Source of the DNA: a virus
Taxonomy: Duplodnaviria > Heunggongvirae > Uroviricota > Caudoviricetes
Length of the DNA stretch: 44,295 bases
Strand: one strand, 5' to 3'
Virus record (IMG/VR): IMGVR_UViG_2734482556_000013
Shown: positions 23,716-32,399 of the stretch, piece after piece
How positions within the stretch are numbered: the stretch's first letter is position 1
Layout: the number at the start of each line of letters is the position of its first letter
The notes under the pieces: generated by a model
The model's input: the letters and a program-made list of their open reading frames with translations, nothing else
What the model was told of the DNA's origin: nothing
Database searches by the model: none
Made by a program: the position numbers and the translations under genes

Positions 23716-24180
23716 TTACTTTAAACACTGCTCGGTTATGTATTGCTGAGCACCTTCAAGTTGGGCCTGCATCATTACCAGTCGTTCCCGGAGGGTGAAA
23801 TAATCCCGTTCAGCGGTGTCTGCCAGTCGGGGGGAGGCTGCATTATCCACGCCGGAGGCGGTGGTGGCTTCACGCACTGACTGACAGACTGCTTTGATGT
23901 GCAACCGACGACGACCAGCGGCAACATCATCACGCAGAGCATCATTTTCAGCTTTCGCATCAGCTAACTCCTTCGTGTATTTTGCATCGAGCGCAGCAAC
24001 ATCACGCTGACGCATCTGCATGTCAGTAATTGCCGCGTTCGCCAGCTTCAGTTCTCTGGCATTTTTGTCGCGCTGGGCTTTGTAGGTAATGGCGTTATCA
24101 CGGTAATGATTAACAGCCCATGACAGGCAGACGATGATGCAGATAACCAGAGCGGAGATAATCGCGGTTACTCTGTTCAT
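23716..24180 (-). CDS. Spanin, inner membrane subunit Rz
   Basis: Translation [50 protein letters not shown]... is lambda Rz-like; ATG overlaps the endolysin stop (ATGA). Confidence 0.85.
   Translation of the reverse strand: MNRVTAIISALVICIIVCLSWAVNHYRDNAITYKAQRDKNARELKLANAAITDMQMRQRDVAALDAKYTKELADAKAENDALRDDVAAGRRRLHIKAVCQSVREATTASGVDNAASPRLADTAERDYFTLRERLVMMQAQLEGAQQYITEQCLK
23775..23960 (-). CDS. Spanin, outer membrane lipoprotein Rz1 (embedded in Rz in the +1 frame)
   Basis: [52 protein letters not shown]...; lipobox VVGC and proline-rich tract as in lambda Rz1. Confidence 0.8.
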   Translation of the reverse strand: MRKLKMMLCVMMLPLVVVGCTSKQSVSQCVKPPPPPAWIMQPPPDWQTPLNGIISPSGNDW

Positions 24181-24673
24181 TGCTGACCCCACAAACAGAT
24201 TTCACGCTCAATCTCACGACGAGTCATGAGACCTTTCCATTGCTTACCGCCAGCATATGTCCAGCGACGTAGCTGATCACATGCGCCTTTGATATCGCCC
24301 TGGTTTATTTTGCGAAGAAGCGTCGATGTTCTGAAATTGCCAGCGCCCACGTTGTAAACGAACGAGTAAAGAGCGCCGCGCGTTGTTTCCGGTATATCGA
24401 CTTTGATGTACGGGTTAATTTGTCTGGCGACAGTGGCAAGGTCTTTATTCAAGAGTGTTTTGCATTCTGCTTTGGTATACGTTTTACCGAGCATGATGTC
24501 TTTTCCTGTATGCCCGTGACATACAGTCCATACACCAANATATCTTTGTATGGTATGTAGCTGACACCTTCCAGACCATCGTTACCACTTGGGCCAGTGA
24601 TTAACACTGATGCTATAGCAATTGCTCCGCCACCAATAGCAGCAGCAACGACTTTTCGTAATGATGGAGGCAT
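24177..24673 (-). CDS. SAR endolysin (phage 21 R-type lysozyme); frame disrupted at ambiguous base 24539
   Basis: N-terminal piece [44 protein letters not shown] (SAR domain) and C-terminal piece ...[30 protein letters not shown]... are in different frames either side of the n; total length 497 nt is one base short of a multiple of three. Confidence 0.75.
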
Positions 24674-24888
24674 TATTCACCTCTCGCAGCCTTGCGCTTA
24701 TCTTCTTTAATCTTGAAATAAAGGTTTGTCAGGTACGTCAGCAGGCCAAATACCAGACTACCCAGCACACCGATTGCAGCCCACTGTGACGGAGTTACTC
24801 TATCGAGCAACTGTAAAAACCAGTAGCCAGCACTGCCTGCGGAGGTGCCGTAGGCAATGCCTGTTGAAATTTTGTCCATGGATTTCAT
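24673..24888 (-). CDS. Pinholin (phage 21 S-type holin/antiholin, dual-start)
   Basis: [71 protein letters not shown], 71 aa, two TMDs; stop overlaps the endolysin start. Confidence 0.8.
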   Translation of the reverse strand: MKSMDKISTGIAYGTSAGSAGYWFLQLLDRVTPSQWAAIGVLGSLVFGLLTYLTNLYFKIKEDKRKAARGE

Positions 24889-25139
24889 AGCCTCACCTCC
24901 GCACGGAACGGATGGCATAGTTATTATGTGTAGGCTTTCAGACACATCAATCAGAGCCTTAATTGATATATATGCTGGAGACGATGCAATATAAAAAGCT
25001 CGCCGTAGCGAGCTAATAAAATGTATTTCTCTGATATTATGTTTATTTGTATTAGCTCAGACTTGACATCACAGGTTTCGTATATAGAACATCATCAAAT
25101 CTGTCAGTTTGCTATGAATGAGATATAGTAATTGAAGAG

Positions 25140-25535
25140 CTAACCTCGCATGTCAAAGCCAGATTTCTGAAAATCTCTGTAGACTTCCGGATTGTTGAAG
25201 GCCGGAAATTTGGCTTTATGAGCTGCGGACTTTATCGCTTCGCAATAGGCTTTATCACCGTTACTGGTAGATATTTTTAACGCCGTGCCATCCTGAGAGA
25301 ATTCCATATGCAACCTGCATTTTTTCCCTTTCCAGTTATGCGGCTCATCAAGTTTGGCATTAATTGCAGCTCTGATTCCCCGCGCTTGCGCCCCCCATTC
25401 ATCCTGATCATCCCAGCGTCCTGAACTGCAACTACCTGTAGCAGTAGTTTTGTGGCAATCTGAAGGGTGTAAAGGTGTGCATCCCGCAACAAAACCGACC
25501 CAAAAAGTCAACATAACGATTTTCTTTAATCCCAC
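25140..25535 (-). CDS. Lipoprotein with TolA C-terminal (domain III)-like fold, paralog 1
   Basis: GTG start at 25533-25535 preceded by GAGGAG; signal peptide plus lipobox VAGC; C-terminal ...KGKKCRLHMEFSQDGTALKIS...YCEAIKSAAHKAKFPAFNNPEVYRDFQ shares the pattern of paralog 2. Confidence 0.6.
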   Translation of the reverse strand: MGLKKIVMLTFWVGFVAGCTPLHPSDCHKTTATGSCSSGRWDDQDEWGAQARGIRAAINAKLDEPHNWKGKKCRLHMEFSQDGTALKISTSNGDKAYCEAIKSAAHKAKFPAFNNPEVYRDFQKSGFDMRG

Positions 25536-25685
25536 TTCTTGCTCCTCAATCCATTAAAATCTCAGCAATAGTAGTTGTTACGTCCGCCACTGGCTCAGAG
25601 CTGACTATCCGCTAAATTTAGCTCAGTGCCGTAGCTGTGTCAGAACAAACCTAAGCCGAAACCGTTTATTACAAAACAATAAATA

Positions 25686-26114
25686 TCAGGGTTTAAAATC
25701 CAGCACCCCATTTTGAAATACTTTATATACTTCCGGCGAAGGGGGGGCAGGTATATCAGCATTCTTTATCGCATTCATCGCTTCACGACATAAATCGAGG
25801 TCTCCACTTTCTCTTTTAACCTCCAGTAGAAGGCCATTCGGGGCCATATGCATTCTCAGTGTACACTCTTTTCCTGAATACTTACTCGCATCCCCGAACT
25901 GTTTTTCGATGGCGCTCTTGATTTGATGGGCATACAGACGGATATCCTCACTAACATCAGAAGTACGTTCAGATGAACTCACATACTGTGTCTCTATTGC
26001 TTTATCGGAGTAATATGATGTACGGTCATGATAATTTGTCGATACAGCATCAGTGCACCCGATAATAATCCCACTAATAATCAACGTAAGAATTGATGCG
26101 CTACGAAAACCCAT
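25686..26114 (-). CDS. Lipoprotein with TolA C-terminal (domain III)-like domain, paralog 2
   Basis: ATG preceded by GAGG; lipobox IIGC; C-terminal YAHQIKSAIEKQFGDASKYSGKECTLRMHMAPNGLLLEVKRESGDLDLCREAMNAIKNADIPAPPSPEVYKVFQNGVLDFKP closely parallels the remembered C-terminus of E. coli TolA. Confidence 0.65.
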   Translation of the reverse strand: MGFRSASILTLIISGIIIGCTDAVSTNYHDRTSYYSDKAIETQYVSSSERTSDVSEDIRLYAHQIKSAIEKQFGDASKYSGKECTLRMHMAPNGLLLEVKRESGDLDLCREAMNAIKNADIPAPPSPEVYKVFQNGVLDFKP

Positions 26115-26702
26115 TTTTCCTCACATATGTCATATAGTAAAGGATTATATATACCGTTGTTTTGGACGCTCAAACAGCGAATCAGATCAAATAAAACGCA
26201 CATTTGTTAACATTTACACAAAGTCTGCGTGGGATATTCTGAAAGAATATCCATAATGTGGAGAGAATCTATTGAAGTGCATGGTGCCGGGTGCCTCCCG
26301 GTGAACAAAATGTTCGTGATACCTGTCGGCGACAGAAAAGGTTAATGGTATCACCCCACCGCACAGGGGGATTCACCATGCAGGAGTTTTCTTAGCAAAC
26401 TCACTGCGCGCCCGGCAACTCCCAACCACATAAAATGCGGAGTTTGTGGCATTTATGCATATAACTCGCAGGAATTATCTTAAAAAACTGATGTCGATCC
26501 GGATTAAAAAGAAGCAGGTCATCATCAGATGACTGGAAAAAAGGAAAACAAAAAATACTCATCATACAGTTTTGATTGCAGGGATGAGCCTGCTATGCAC
26601 AATATGCAGAATATAAGCAAGATAAAAATATGCAGGCATATTATTTCGGATCTTGTTATTAACACAACCTTTTTAATAATCATTTGGCATACAATAAACC
26701 AG

Positions 26703-26731
26703 CCCAAAAAGAACCGCCTAAACAGGCGGTT
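26703..26731 (-). terminator. Intrinsic terminator-like hairpin in the Q to late-gene intergenic region
   Basis: Minus strand: AACCGCC TGTTTA GGCGGTT followed by CTTTTTGGG. Confidence 0.45.
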
Positions 26732-27048
26732 GGTCAATACAAAGGATGCTTCGTCTTTATTATAGTAATCTGAGGCGTCGGGTGTCTTGTATCAGACAAC
26801 ATATTGTCCCGCTAAACAGCGAATTACAAACCACCCTGCAATGATCTCTCATCTCATTTTATATGAGTTGACGACATCAGGATAACGCATCATCAGCCCC
26901 TGCCAAGAAATATCAAAACTCCCGCCAGCAATGTGTTATCACAATATTGTAAAAAAAACACAGCACCGAAACTATAACTGGTCTCTGTTATAATTTGGAG
27001 CAGAAAGACCAGTTGCCCAACTAGCAGCATTCTCCCCTGCTTTCCTGA

Positions 27049-27080
27049 CGTAAAAAAACCGCATTAAGCGGTTTTTTTAC
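27049..27080. terminator. Bidirectional intrinsic terminator just downstream of Q
   Basis: AAAAAAACCGC ATTAA GCGGTTTTTTT: GC stem flanked by an A-run and a T-run, so it has a U-tract on either strand. Confidence 0.6.
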
Positions 27081-27158
27081 GATGTCCATGTCTGCAATCC
27101 GCCTCGCGATACAGCTTTGCGAAGCATAGCAAAATTGAAGCAGTTTATACGTAAGAAA

Positions 27159-27701
27159 TCAAGCCATTTTCTCAGCAAATGATTCACGCATGGGAATATA
27201 TAGGGCATACTCAGCAACAGCTAACCAATTAGCAATCCGTTTTTCGCATGTGCTAAAACACCACTCTGGGTGTGCATCATTTAGCAATTCAGCCATTTTG
27301 CGCTTAGTCATCCCCCGCCCTTCATAGCGTTGCCGGAGAATGCAAATCAATCCTGGATGCTCTGCCAGCACCTCACTTATGACTCGATCAATACATAACG
27401 CCTCTGCATCAGTACAATGCGCCAGCCAGCTCTTTTGCTTGCCGTTGATCATCTCTCGCAAAAACGCTTCCAGCTCAGCTTTCTCTATTCCCGCTTTTTT
27501 CATTCTGCGCAGGGCTTCATTAATGGCTGTTTTCGTCAGTTTTTTGGATGCCAACAACTGATTGAACATATTCCCTGACCTGCCACCGCCAATATACGAC
27601 CAGCGCCCCCACATACGTAGTTTTCCCTGAATCCAGACACTTTCCAGCGTGGTGAGGCGAAGGTGTTCTCCGCTTTTTCCTGTATTCGTTGGGTAAATCA
27701 T
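27159..27701 (-). CDS. Late-gene antitermination protein Q
   Basis: 180-aa protein at the end of the early-right operon immediately upstream of the late region; contains a Cys/His cluster (HCTDAEALCIDR...); family assignment from position and recollection. Confidence 0.7.
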   Translation of the reverse strand: MIYPTNTGKSGEHLRLTTLESVWIQGKLRMWGRWSYIGGGRSGNMFNQLLASKKLTKTAINEALRRMKKAGIEKAELEAFLREMINGKQKSWLAHCTDAEALCIDRVISEVLAEHPGLICILRQRYEGRGMTKRKMAELLNDAHPEWCFSTCEKRIANWLAVAEYALYIPMRESFAEKMA

Positions 27702-27988
27702 AAATGACCTTTCTTTCTCCAGATTTCTTGTGTGCGAAAAACCCCTTCAGCATGCATCAGGCGCAATTCTTCTTTGGTGTAATCGCTGGTTTTTACCCGC
27801 CCGTCGATTAGATCGTGGCATGAGCTACAGGCTATCGCCGCCTGCATATCATGTGGTTTTGTCGCTGTTCCGCACGTCCCCGCCAGCCTGTAATGCGCCA
27901 GCACAGAGGTTTCGGGATTGTGATTGCAGTAGCCAGGGATTCTGATCTGGCACATCTGGCCTTTAGCCGCTTTACGTAAATTCACCAT
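27698..27988 (-). CDS. YbcO-like nin-region protein (DUF1364, Cys-rich putative nuclease)
   Basis: MVNLRKAAKGQMCQIRIPGYCNHNPETSVLAHYRLAGTCGTATKPHDMQAAIACSSCHD... parallels remembered DLP12 YbcO. Confidence 0.7.
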   Translation of the reverse strand: MVNLRKAAKGQMCQIRIPGYCNHNPETSVLAHYRLAGTCGTATKPHDMQAAIACSSCHDLIDGRVKTSDYTKEELRLMHAEGVFRTQEIWRKKGHL

Positions 27989-28587
27989 TACGCAAACTCC
28001 AGTAGTTGTGCGGCCACATTTTCAACTTCCTCCTGAGAGGAGAATTTACGGAACAGAATCCAGTTCCACAGCACATTCAGTACAGATTTATAAACCTGCT
28101 GAAACTCGACTTCGTCCATATTCGCAAAAGCGATGGATTTTGCCCGACGCCCACGGCTACCGTCCGGATAAATATGCTCGGTGTAAAATCCGGCCTGAAT
28201 GGTTACCCACTCGCGGAAAGCCTCAAACGACTTTAGCAACGCCGTATCCCGGGTTCTACGAGTCGCAACGGTGTTAAGGTATTGCTCTGCGGCATCACTC
28301 AGGGCTGGCGTGTGTTCCCGACCAACTGATTCGCACAGGTAATCAACGAAACCAGACAGCAGTTCTCGTTCGCGAGGCGTGATCGCCCCACCGACCGGAG
28401 TCCAGTAATCGAATCCCAGTTGCAGGAGTTTGAAAAAACGCTTGTGGAATGCGTAGTTACGCACACGCTTAAAGTCTGCGTGTATCCACTCACCTATTTT
28501 GATTTGATGCAGAAAATCGCAACTCTCCGGCGTCGCCGGGAGAAGTAAACCAGAAGAGGTTTGTTTGACCAGTTGTATATGCGCCAT
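27988..28587 (-). CDS. Nin-region phage protein (DUF1367-like), function unknown
   Basis: 199-aa ORF with ATG at 28585-28587, translationally coupled to the ybcO-like gene. Confidence 0.6.
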   Translation of the reverse strand: MAHIQLVKQTSSGLLLPATPESCDFLHQIKIGEWIHADFKRVRNYAFHKRFFKLLQLGFDYWTPVGGAITPRERELLSGFVDYLCESVGREHTPALSDAAEQYLNTVATRRTRDTALLKSFEAFREWVTIQAGFYTEHIYPDGSRGRRAKSIAFANMDEVEFQQVYKSVLNVLWNWILFRKFSSQEEVENVAAQLLEFA

Positions 28588-28867
28588 TTCTCAATCTCTC
28601 GATGGCGCAGCGCAGCAGATGCCAGTTGTTCAGGCTGACGAATAAAGTATAAATAAACTGGCTATGGTGTAAAGCCCCACATAGCATGAACAAACACTAC
28701 ATATCAAATAGCTGGTACAAGGATAGAAATACGACACTTATTATTAAAAACGATTAGATAAATTACATTTTAATGTTATGCAAAAGTTCTTTTTTATCAT
28801 AACATTTCAATAAAAGCATTACAGATGCAATCATCCCGTCATCATCAATTATTTAAGGTGGTTAAAC

Positions 28868-28954
28868 ATGGAAAATAACAAGTTCGCACATCTCGCTCCT
28901 TTTTTATCCGTAATCCTTTTCGCTTGTTGTTTTATATGGGCATTATTTTTATAA
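28868..28954 (+). CDS. Candidate small hydrophobic peptide (28 aa)
   Basis: AAGGTGG Shine-Dalgarno 6 nt upstream of ATG 28868; translation MENNKFAHLAPFLSVILFACCFIWALFL; in AT-rich DNA, so chance ORF not excluded. Confidence 0.3.
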   Translation: MENNKFAHLAPFLSVILFACCFIWALFL

Positions 28955-29361
28955 AGTAGCCACATGATAAGTTGCTGGAATCATATTTCCCACTCAAGTC
29001 ATTAACATTTGATAAGATATATCTAAAAGGACGCCTTTACATTATTTATGCGTATATAATTTATTTATATACACAGTAAAGGTATCCTGGGAAAATATTT
29101 ATCGTTAAAAAATACATCATAAATAATTAAGCTGAAATTTCAGAACACAACTAATACACACAATAAGGTTCAGTAACAGTAATCTATGTGGACTACATCG
29201 AGATTTTTTGATTAAACTTTAATAACTTATTCCTAACACACAGAATGCATAAACTAAAAGTAAAACAAATAGTTATACGAAAAACAACCATATTTATTCT
29301 ATCTTCTCCTCTAATCAACATATCAATTATGTGTTTCATAACAGCTTGACATAACCCTCCA

Positions 29362-29386
29362 AAAGATGCATTTTTAATGCATGTTT
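29362..29386 (+). promoter_or_regulatory. Paired ATGCAT half-sites (NsrR-box-like) with an upstream TTGACA, preceding the yeaR-like gene
   Basis: AAGATGCATTTTTAATGCATGTTTT lies just before the Shine-Dalgarno; TTGACA at 29346-29351. Confidence 0.4.
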
Positions 29387-29400
29387 TGGAGGAGGTGGTT

Positions 29401-29739
29401 ATGACACACAAGAGAATTCCTAAAGATTGGGTAATCAAACGCTCAACTCCGTTCTTCACAAAAGAGAACGTACCTTCAGCGTTATTAACACATCATAATA
29501 CAGCAGCAGGTGTTTTTGGGCAGTTGTGCGTAATGGAAGGCACTGTAACATATTATGGTTTTACTGATGAGAATGCTACTGAACCGGAGATAAAAGTAGT
29601 CATTAATGCTGGCGCTTTTGCAACAAGCCCACCACAATACTGGCACCGTGTTGAACTAAGCGATGATGCTCAGTTTAATATTAACTTTTGGGTCGCTCCA
29701 GACTTTTCGGGCGAAAAAGTCTATAGCACCAAAAAATAG
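29401..29739 (+). CDS. YeaR-like protein (DUF1971 family)
   Basis: GGAGGAGGTGG Shine-Dalgarno before ATG 29401; translation MTHKRIPKDWVIKRSTPFFTKENVPSALL...YWHRVELSDDAQFNINFWVAPD resembles E. coli YeaR. Confidence 0.75.
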   Translation: MTHKRIPKDWVIKRSTPFFTKENVPSALLTHHNTAAGVFGQLCVMEGTVTYYGFTDENATEPEIKVVINAGAFATSPPQYWHRVELSDDAQFNINFWVAPDFSGEKVYSTKK

Positions 29740-29768
29740 ATGATCATATTAAAAATGCTTTAACAGTC

Positions 29769-29806
29769 AGACCCGGCAGGGCTATCCCCGACGGGTCTCA
29801 TTTTTG
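29769..29806 (+). terminator. Intrinsic terminator of the yeaR-like gene
   Basis: AGACCCG ... CGGGTCT stem followed by CATTTTTG, about 30 nt after the stop codon. Confidence 0.55.
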
Positions 29807-30359
29807 TAAATATATTGGTTCTACATTGACAGGAGACTTCAACCATAAGAAGTAATCTGAATACTTGAGCAATAAATTTACTTAAGATTAATGAGCGCAC
29901 CTTGCCGGACAAAGATAAACCAAGGTAACACCTTTTTTCTAGCCAGTATGTAATCAATCAGAAAGCCGCTCCATAAGAACAACAGCAAGACAATAAATTG
30001 CCATTACAGCCGCAATAGCCAGCGCACATTTGAGAACCAGCACGACAACCCCCTGTATTAGACGCACACCAGTCCTGATAAATATGAGGCTGTCTCGTCA
30101 GTGATTCAATACAACTATTGGGTATAGTTTCTGTGATTTTATTCTGTAGAAATGGAACACAACAACCAGTCACCACCAGCACTTCCTTAAATGCTCTAAG
30201 TCAGAAACAAGCCAACATTTTAGTCCGCTTTGAGCGATCTGCAGACATTGCTAGCAGCCTTCTGTGTGAATTCTCAGGGAGCAGGTCGGCATAGCATCAC
30301 GTTGAGGCTCTTACCCTACTTGTTCACACCAACCCTAACTCCACAGACTGATTCATAAA

Positions 30360-31361
30360 TTAGTAATCTGCGTGTTTCGCACTTTTCAGAAATGCTTTCA
30401 TATTTTCATTAGGTCGCTCAATTTCGAAGTTACTTCCATATAACTCTTGTAATTTTGGCCATAACTTACTTAATAACCCTCTCCTGCGATAAAATGGATG
30501 TATCCAAACGGTAGATAGGTACGGAGAATTTGCATTTGAATTGTTTATTGTGACCAGCCCAACTAAACATTGTCGATAACCACTATTATCCATTGATTGT
30601 ATTTCTTCGACGAATGGATACGCGATTACATCAGTCCAACCATGATCGGTTGTATCCCATTGCATTCCGTCATGACATTCCTTCGACTGATAGCGGCGTA
30701 AAGCTACACACGCGAGCTTTTGCCAATCTGGAGAATTAATTGTGATCTCTTCATCGTATGACGCGCCTATTGGAGCGGGTATTGGTCTGATTAATCCAGC
30801 ATGGCATTCATCATAGAACTTCATGTTTCCCTCAGAAACGTTGTGTACGTTGGGTTGCTCCATGTGTGCGCCATTCAAAAATAGCTCTGATAGTAGTGTA
30901 TCTACACTGTAATCTTTATTGATTATTGTCGGCTTAGAGTTTTTCTTATTAAGGCCGCGAGTAACGATTTTTTGATCAATGTTAACAACATGGAATAATC
31001 CGTCGGGGAGGCTAGCGAACCACGATGGGGCATCGGACCAGAATAGCATGCCTTTTGTACTTCTTAAGAGTTTAATTAAGTTAATACAAGCTTCTTCACT
31101 AGTCTTGCCGTTGATGCGAAGTATGTTAGGACTAAAGTAATATTCATCCATATCAGGGAATGCAGCTTCGCAAAACTCCTGTACATAATTTAGCACCTGG
31201 ATTCTACAGAGATCATCATAGCTGGTAATAACTAAGGGGGTATCTTCATTACTATTATGATTATCAATAATGCAATCTATAGCGAGACTTACTGCTTTGC
31301 GTATCACTTCAGTTGAATCTAACGACTCTAAAAATTTTGTCTTTCGTGTGCGAATATCCAT
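30360..31361 (-). CDS. Hypothetical protein with C-terminal GNAT-like acetyltransferase motif (cassette gene B)
   Basis: 333 aa; C-terminal ...YRQCLVGLVTINNSNANSPYLSTVWIHPFYRRRGLLSKLWPKL resembles GNAT motif A; ATG lies 16 nt after the stop of gene A; AT-rich. Confidence 0.7.
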   Translation of the reverse strand: MDIRTRKTKFLESLDSTEVIRKAVSLAIDCIIDNHNSNEDTPLVITSYDDLCRIQVLNYVQEFCEAAFPDMDEYYFSPNILRINGKTSEEACINLIKLLRSTKGMLFWSDAPSWFASLPDGLFHVVNIDQKIVTRGLNKKNSKPTIINKDYSVDTLLSELFLNGAHMEQPNVHNVSEGNMKFYDECHAGLIRPIPAPIGASYDEEITINSPDWQKLACVALRRYQSKECHDGMQWDTTDHGWTDVIAYPFVEEIQSMDNSGYRQCLVGLVTINNSNANSPYLSTVWIHPFYRRRGLLSKLWPKLQELYGSNFEIERPNENMKAFLKSAKHADY

Positions 31362-31376
31362 GTATGACCTGCGCTA

Positions 31377-32399
31377 TTAAAATTCATGAATGAACGGTTT
31401 GTCATCTGGTTGCAAAATGGTGGTTTTATTCGTTGCTACATTTAAACTGTTGTAGAGCATAATTGCCAGGTTCGATGCATTTTCAATCAGCGTTTCAAGA
31501 TCCTGGTCTGTAATCACTACGAGGTTCCCTTCTTTATCCTTTCCACCACGATGCACTAAGTGATTTCGATTGAGGGTTGCCAATTCAATAGCTTCTATCG
31601 GACAGTCTTTTTGTACTTTTATATCGAATGTAGCTTCATAGCGGTCGATTACCTTTTTAGTGCTATGCCAGCTTGCACTGATCAAGTGTTCCTTGATTGA
31701 CCTGATTAGCTCTCCCCTAATTTTCTCGATGGGTTCACCCTTGAAAGGCAACGCAGCAATATCTTTGCTTACTTTAAATTCAGTCTTACCTTTTTCTATA
31801 CAATTGGCTATGTAGACATCATCTTTCTCTATAGAATTAATGAATAGCTCAACATAAAGCGTTTCCAAAGCTGTAATAACATTCGTGTAGAGCAAACTAA
31901 GCAAGTGGTTTTTTTGCTGTTGTTCAGTTTTATCTTTTGCAAGTTTTTTTATTTTATCGATATTATCAATGAATTTTAAATACGGATTACCGGAAGACGT
32001 TACAGCGTCGTAGATATCATCATCGTACCAATCATCTATATTATTTGAGTTTCCAGACCAGTCAAAACATTGTGTTTGTAATTCATCTACTAATTCCTCA
32101 ATATACTCAGATTTAACATATTGACCGAAGATGGATTGTAGTTCTTCGCTCGCATCATACGGCCCGCCATATATGTAAGCATAGCCACCTTCTCTACTTT
32201 CATACGGACAAGCATTTGCCGGATCTTCAAAGTTTTCAAAGAACCAGTTTTTCATTACTTCGAGTTGATCTTTTTTGCTTATGTATTTTAAAGATTTTAG
32301 TGGAACTTTCTTTCCATTAACCTCGAAAACAATTTTCACGATGTAACGCTCCCTTGTATCAATTGCGCAACTATTATACCACAGCGAAATACAGGGCAT
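31377..32399 (-). CDS. Hypothetical protein with C-terminal Rx4H (HEPN-like) motif (cassette gene A)
   Basis: Preferred start ATG 32397-32399 (MPCISLWYNS...) preceded by TAAGGAGG; 340 aa; motif RNHLVH at 31551-31568; AT-rich; ORF track extends to 32468. Confidence 0.7.
   Translation of the reverse strand: MPCISLWYNSCAIDTRERYIVKIVFEVNGKKVPLKSLKYISKKDQLEVMKNWFFENFEDPANACPYESREGGYAYIYGGPYDASEELQSIFGQYVKSEYIEELVDELQTQCFDWSGNSNNIDDWYDDDIYDAVTSSGNPYLKFIDNIDKIKKLAKDKTEQQQKNHLLSLLYTNVITALETLYVELFINSIEKDDVYIANCIEKGKTEFKVSKDIAALPFKGEPIEKIRGELIRSIKEHLISASWHSTKKVIDRYEATFDIKVQKDCPIEAIELATLNRNHLVHRGGKDKEGNLVVITDQDLETLIENASNLAIMLYNSLNVATNKTTILQPDDKPFIHEF

Noticed and set aside
26525-26765. Overlapping ORFs 26525-26737 (-) and 26529-26765 (+) in the Q to cargo intergenic region
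   Set aside because: Mutually antisense in AT-rich DNA, no ribosome binding sites, and the region contains a terminator hairpin; more likely regulatory sequence.
29958-30182. Cys-rich 74-aa minus-strand ORF downstream of the GNAT-like gene (possible third cassette gene or bacteriocin-like peptide)
   Set aside because: Starts with GTG, has no convincing ribosome binding site, and its odd Cys/Gly-rich composition looks like a chance ORF; cannot be excluded without homology data.
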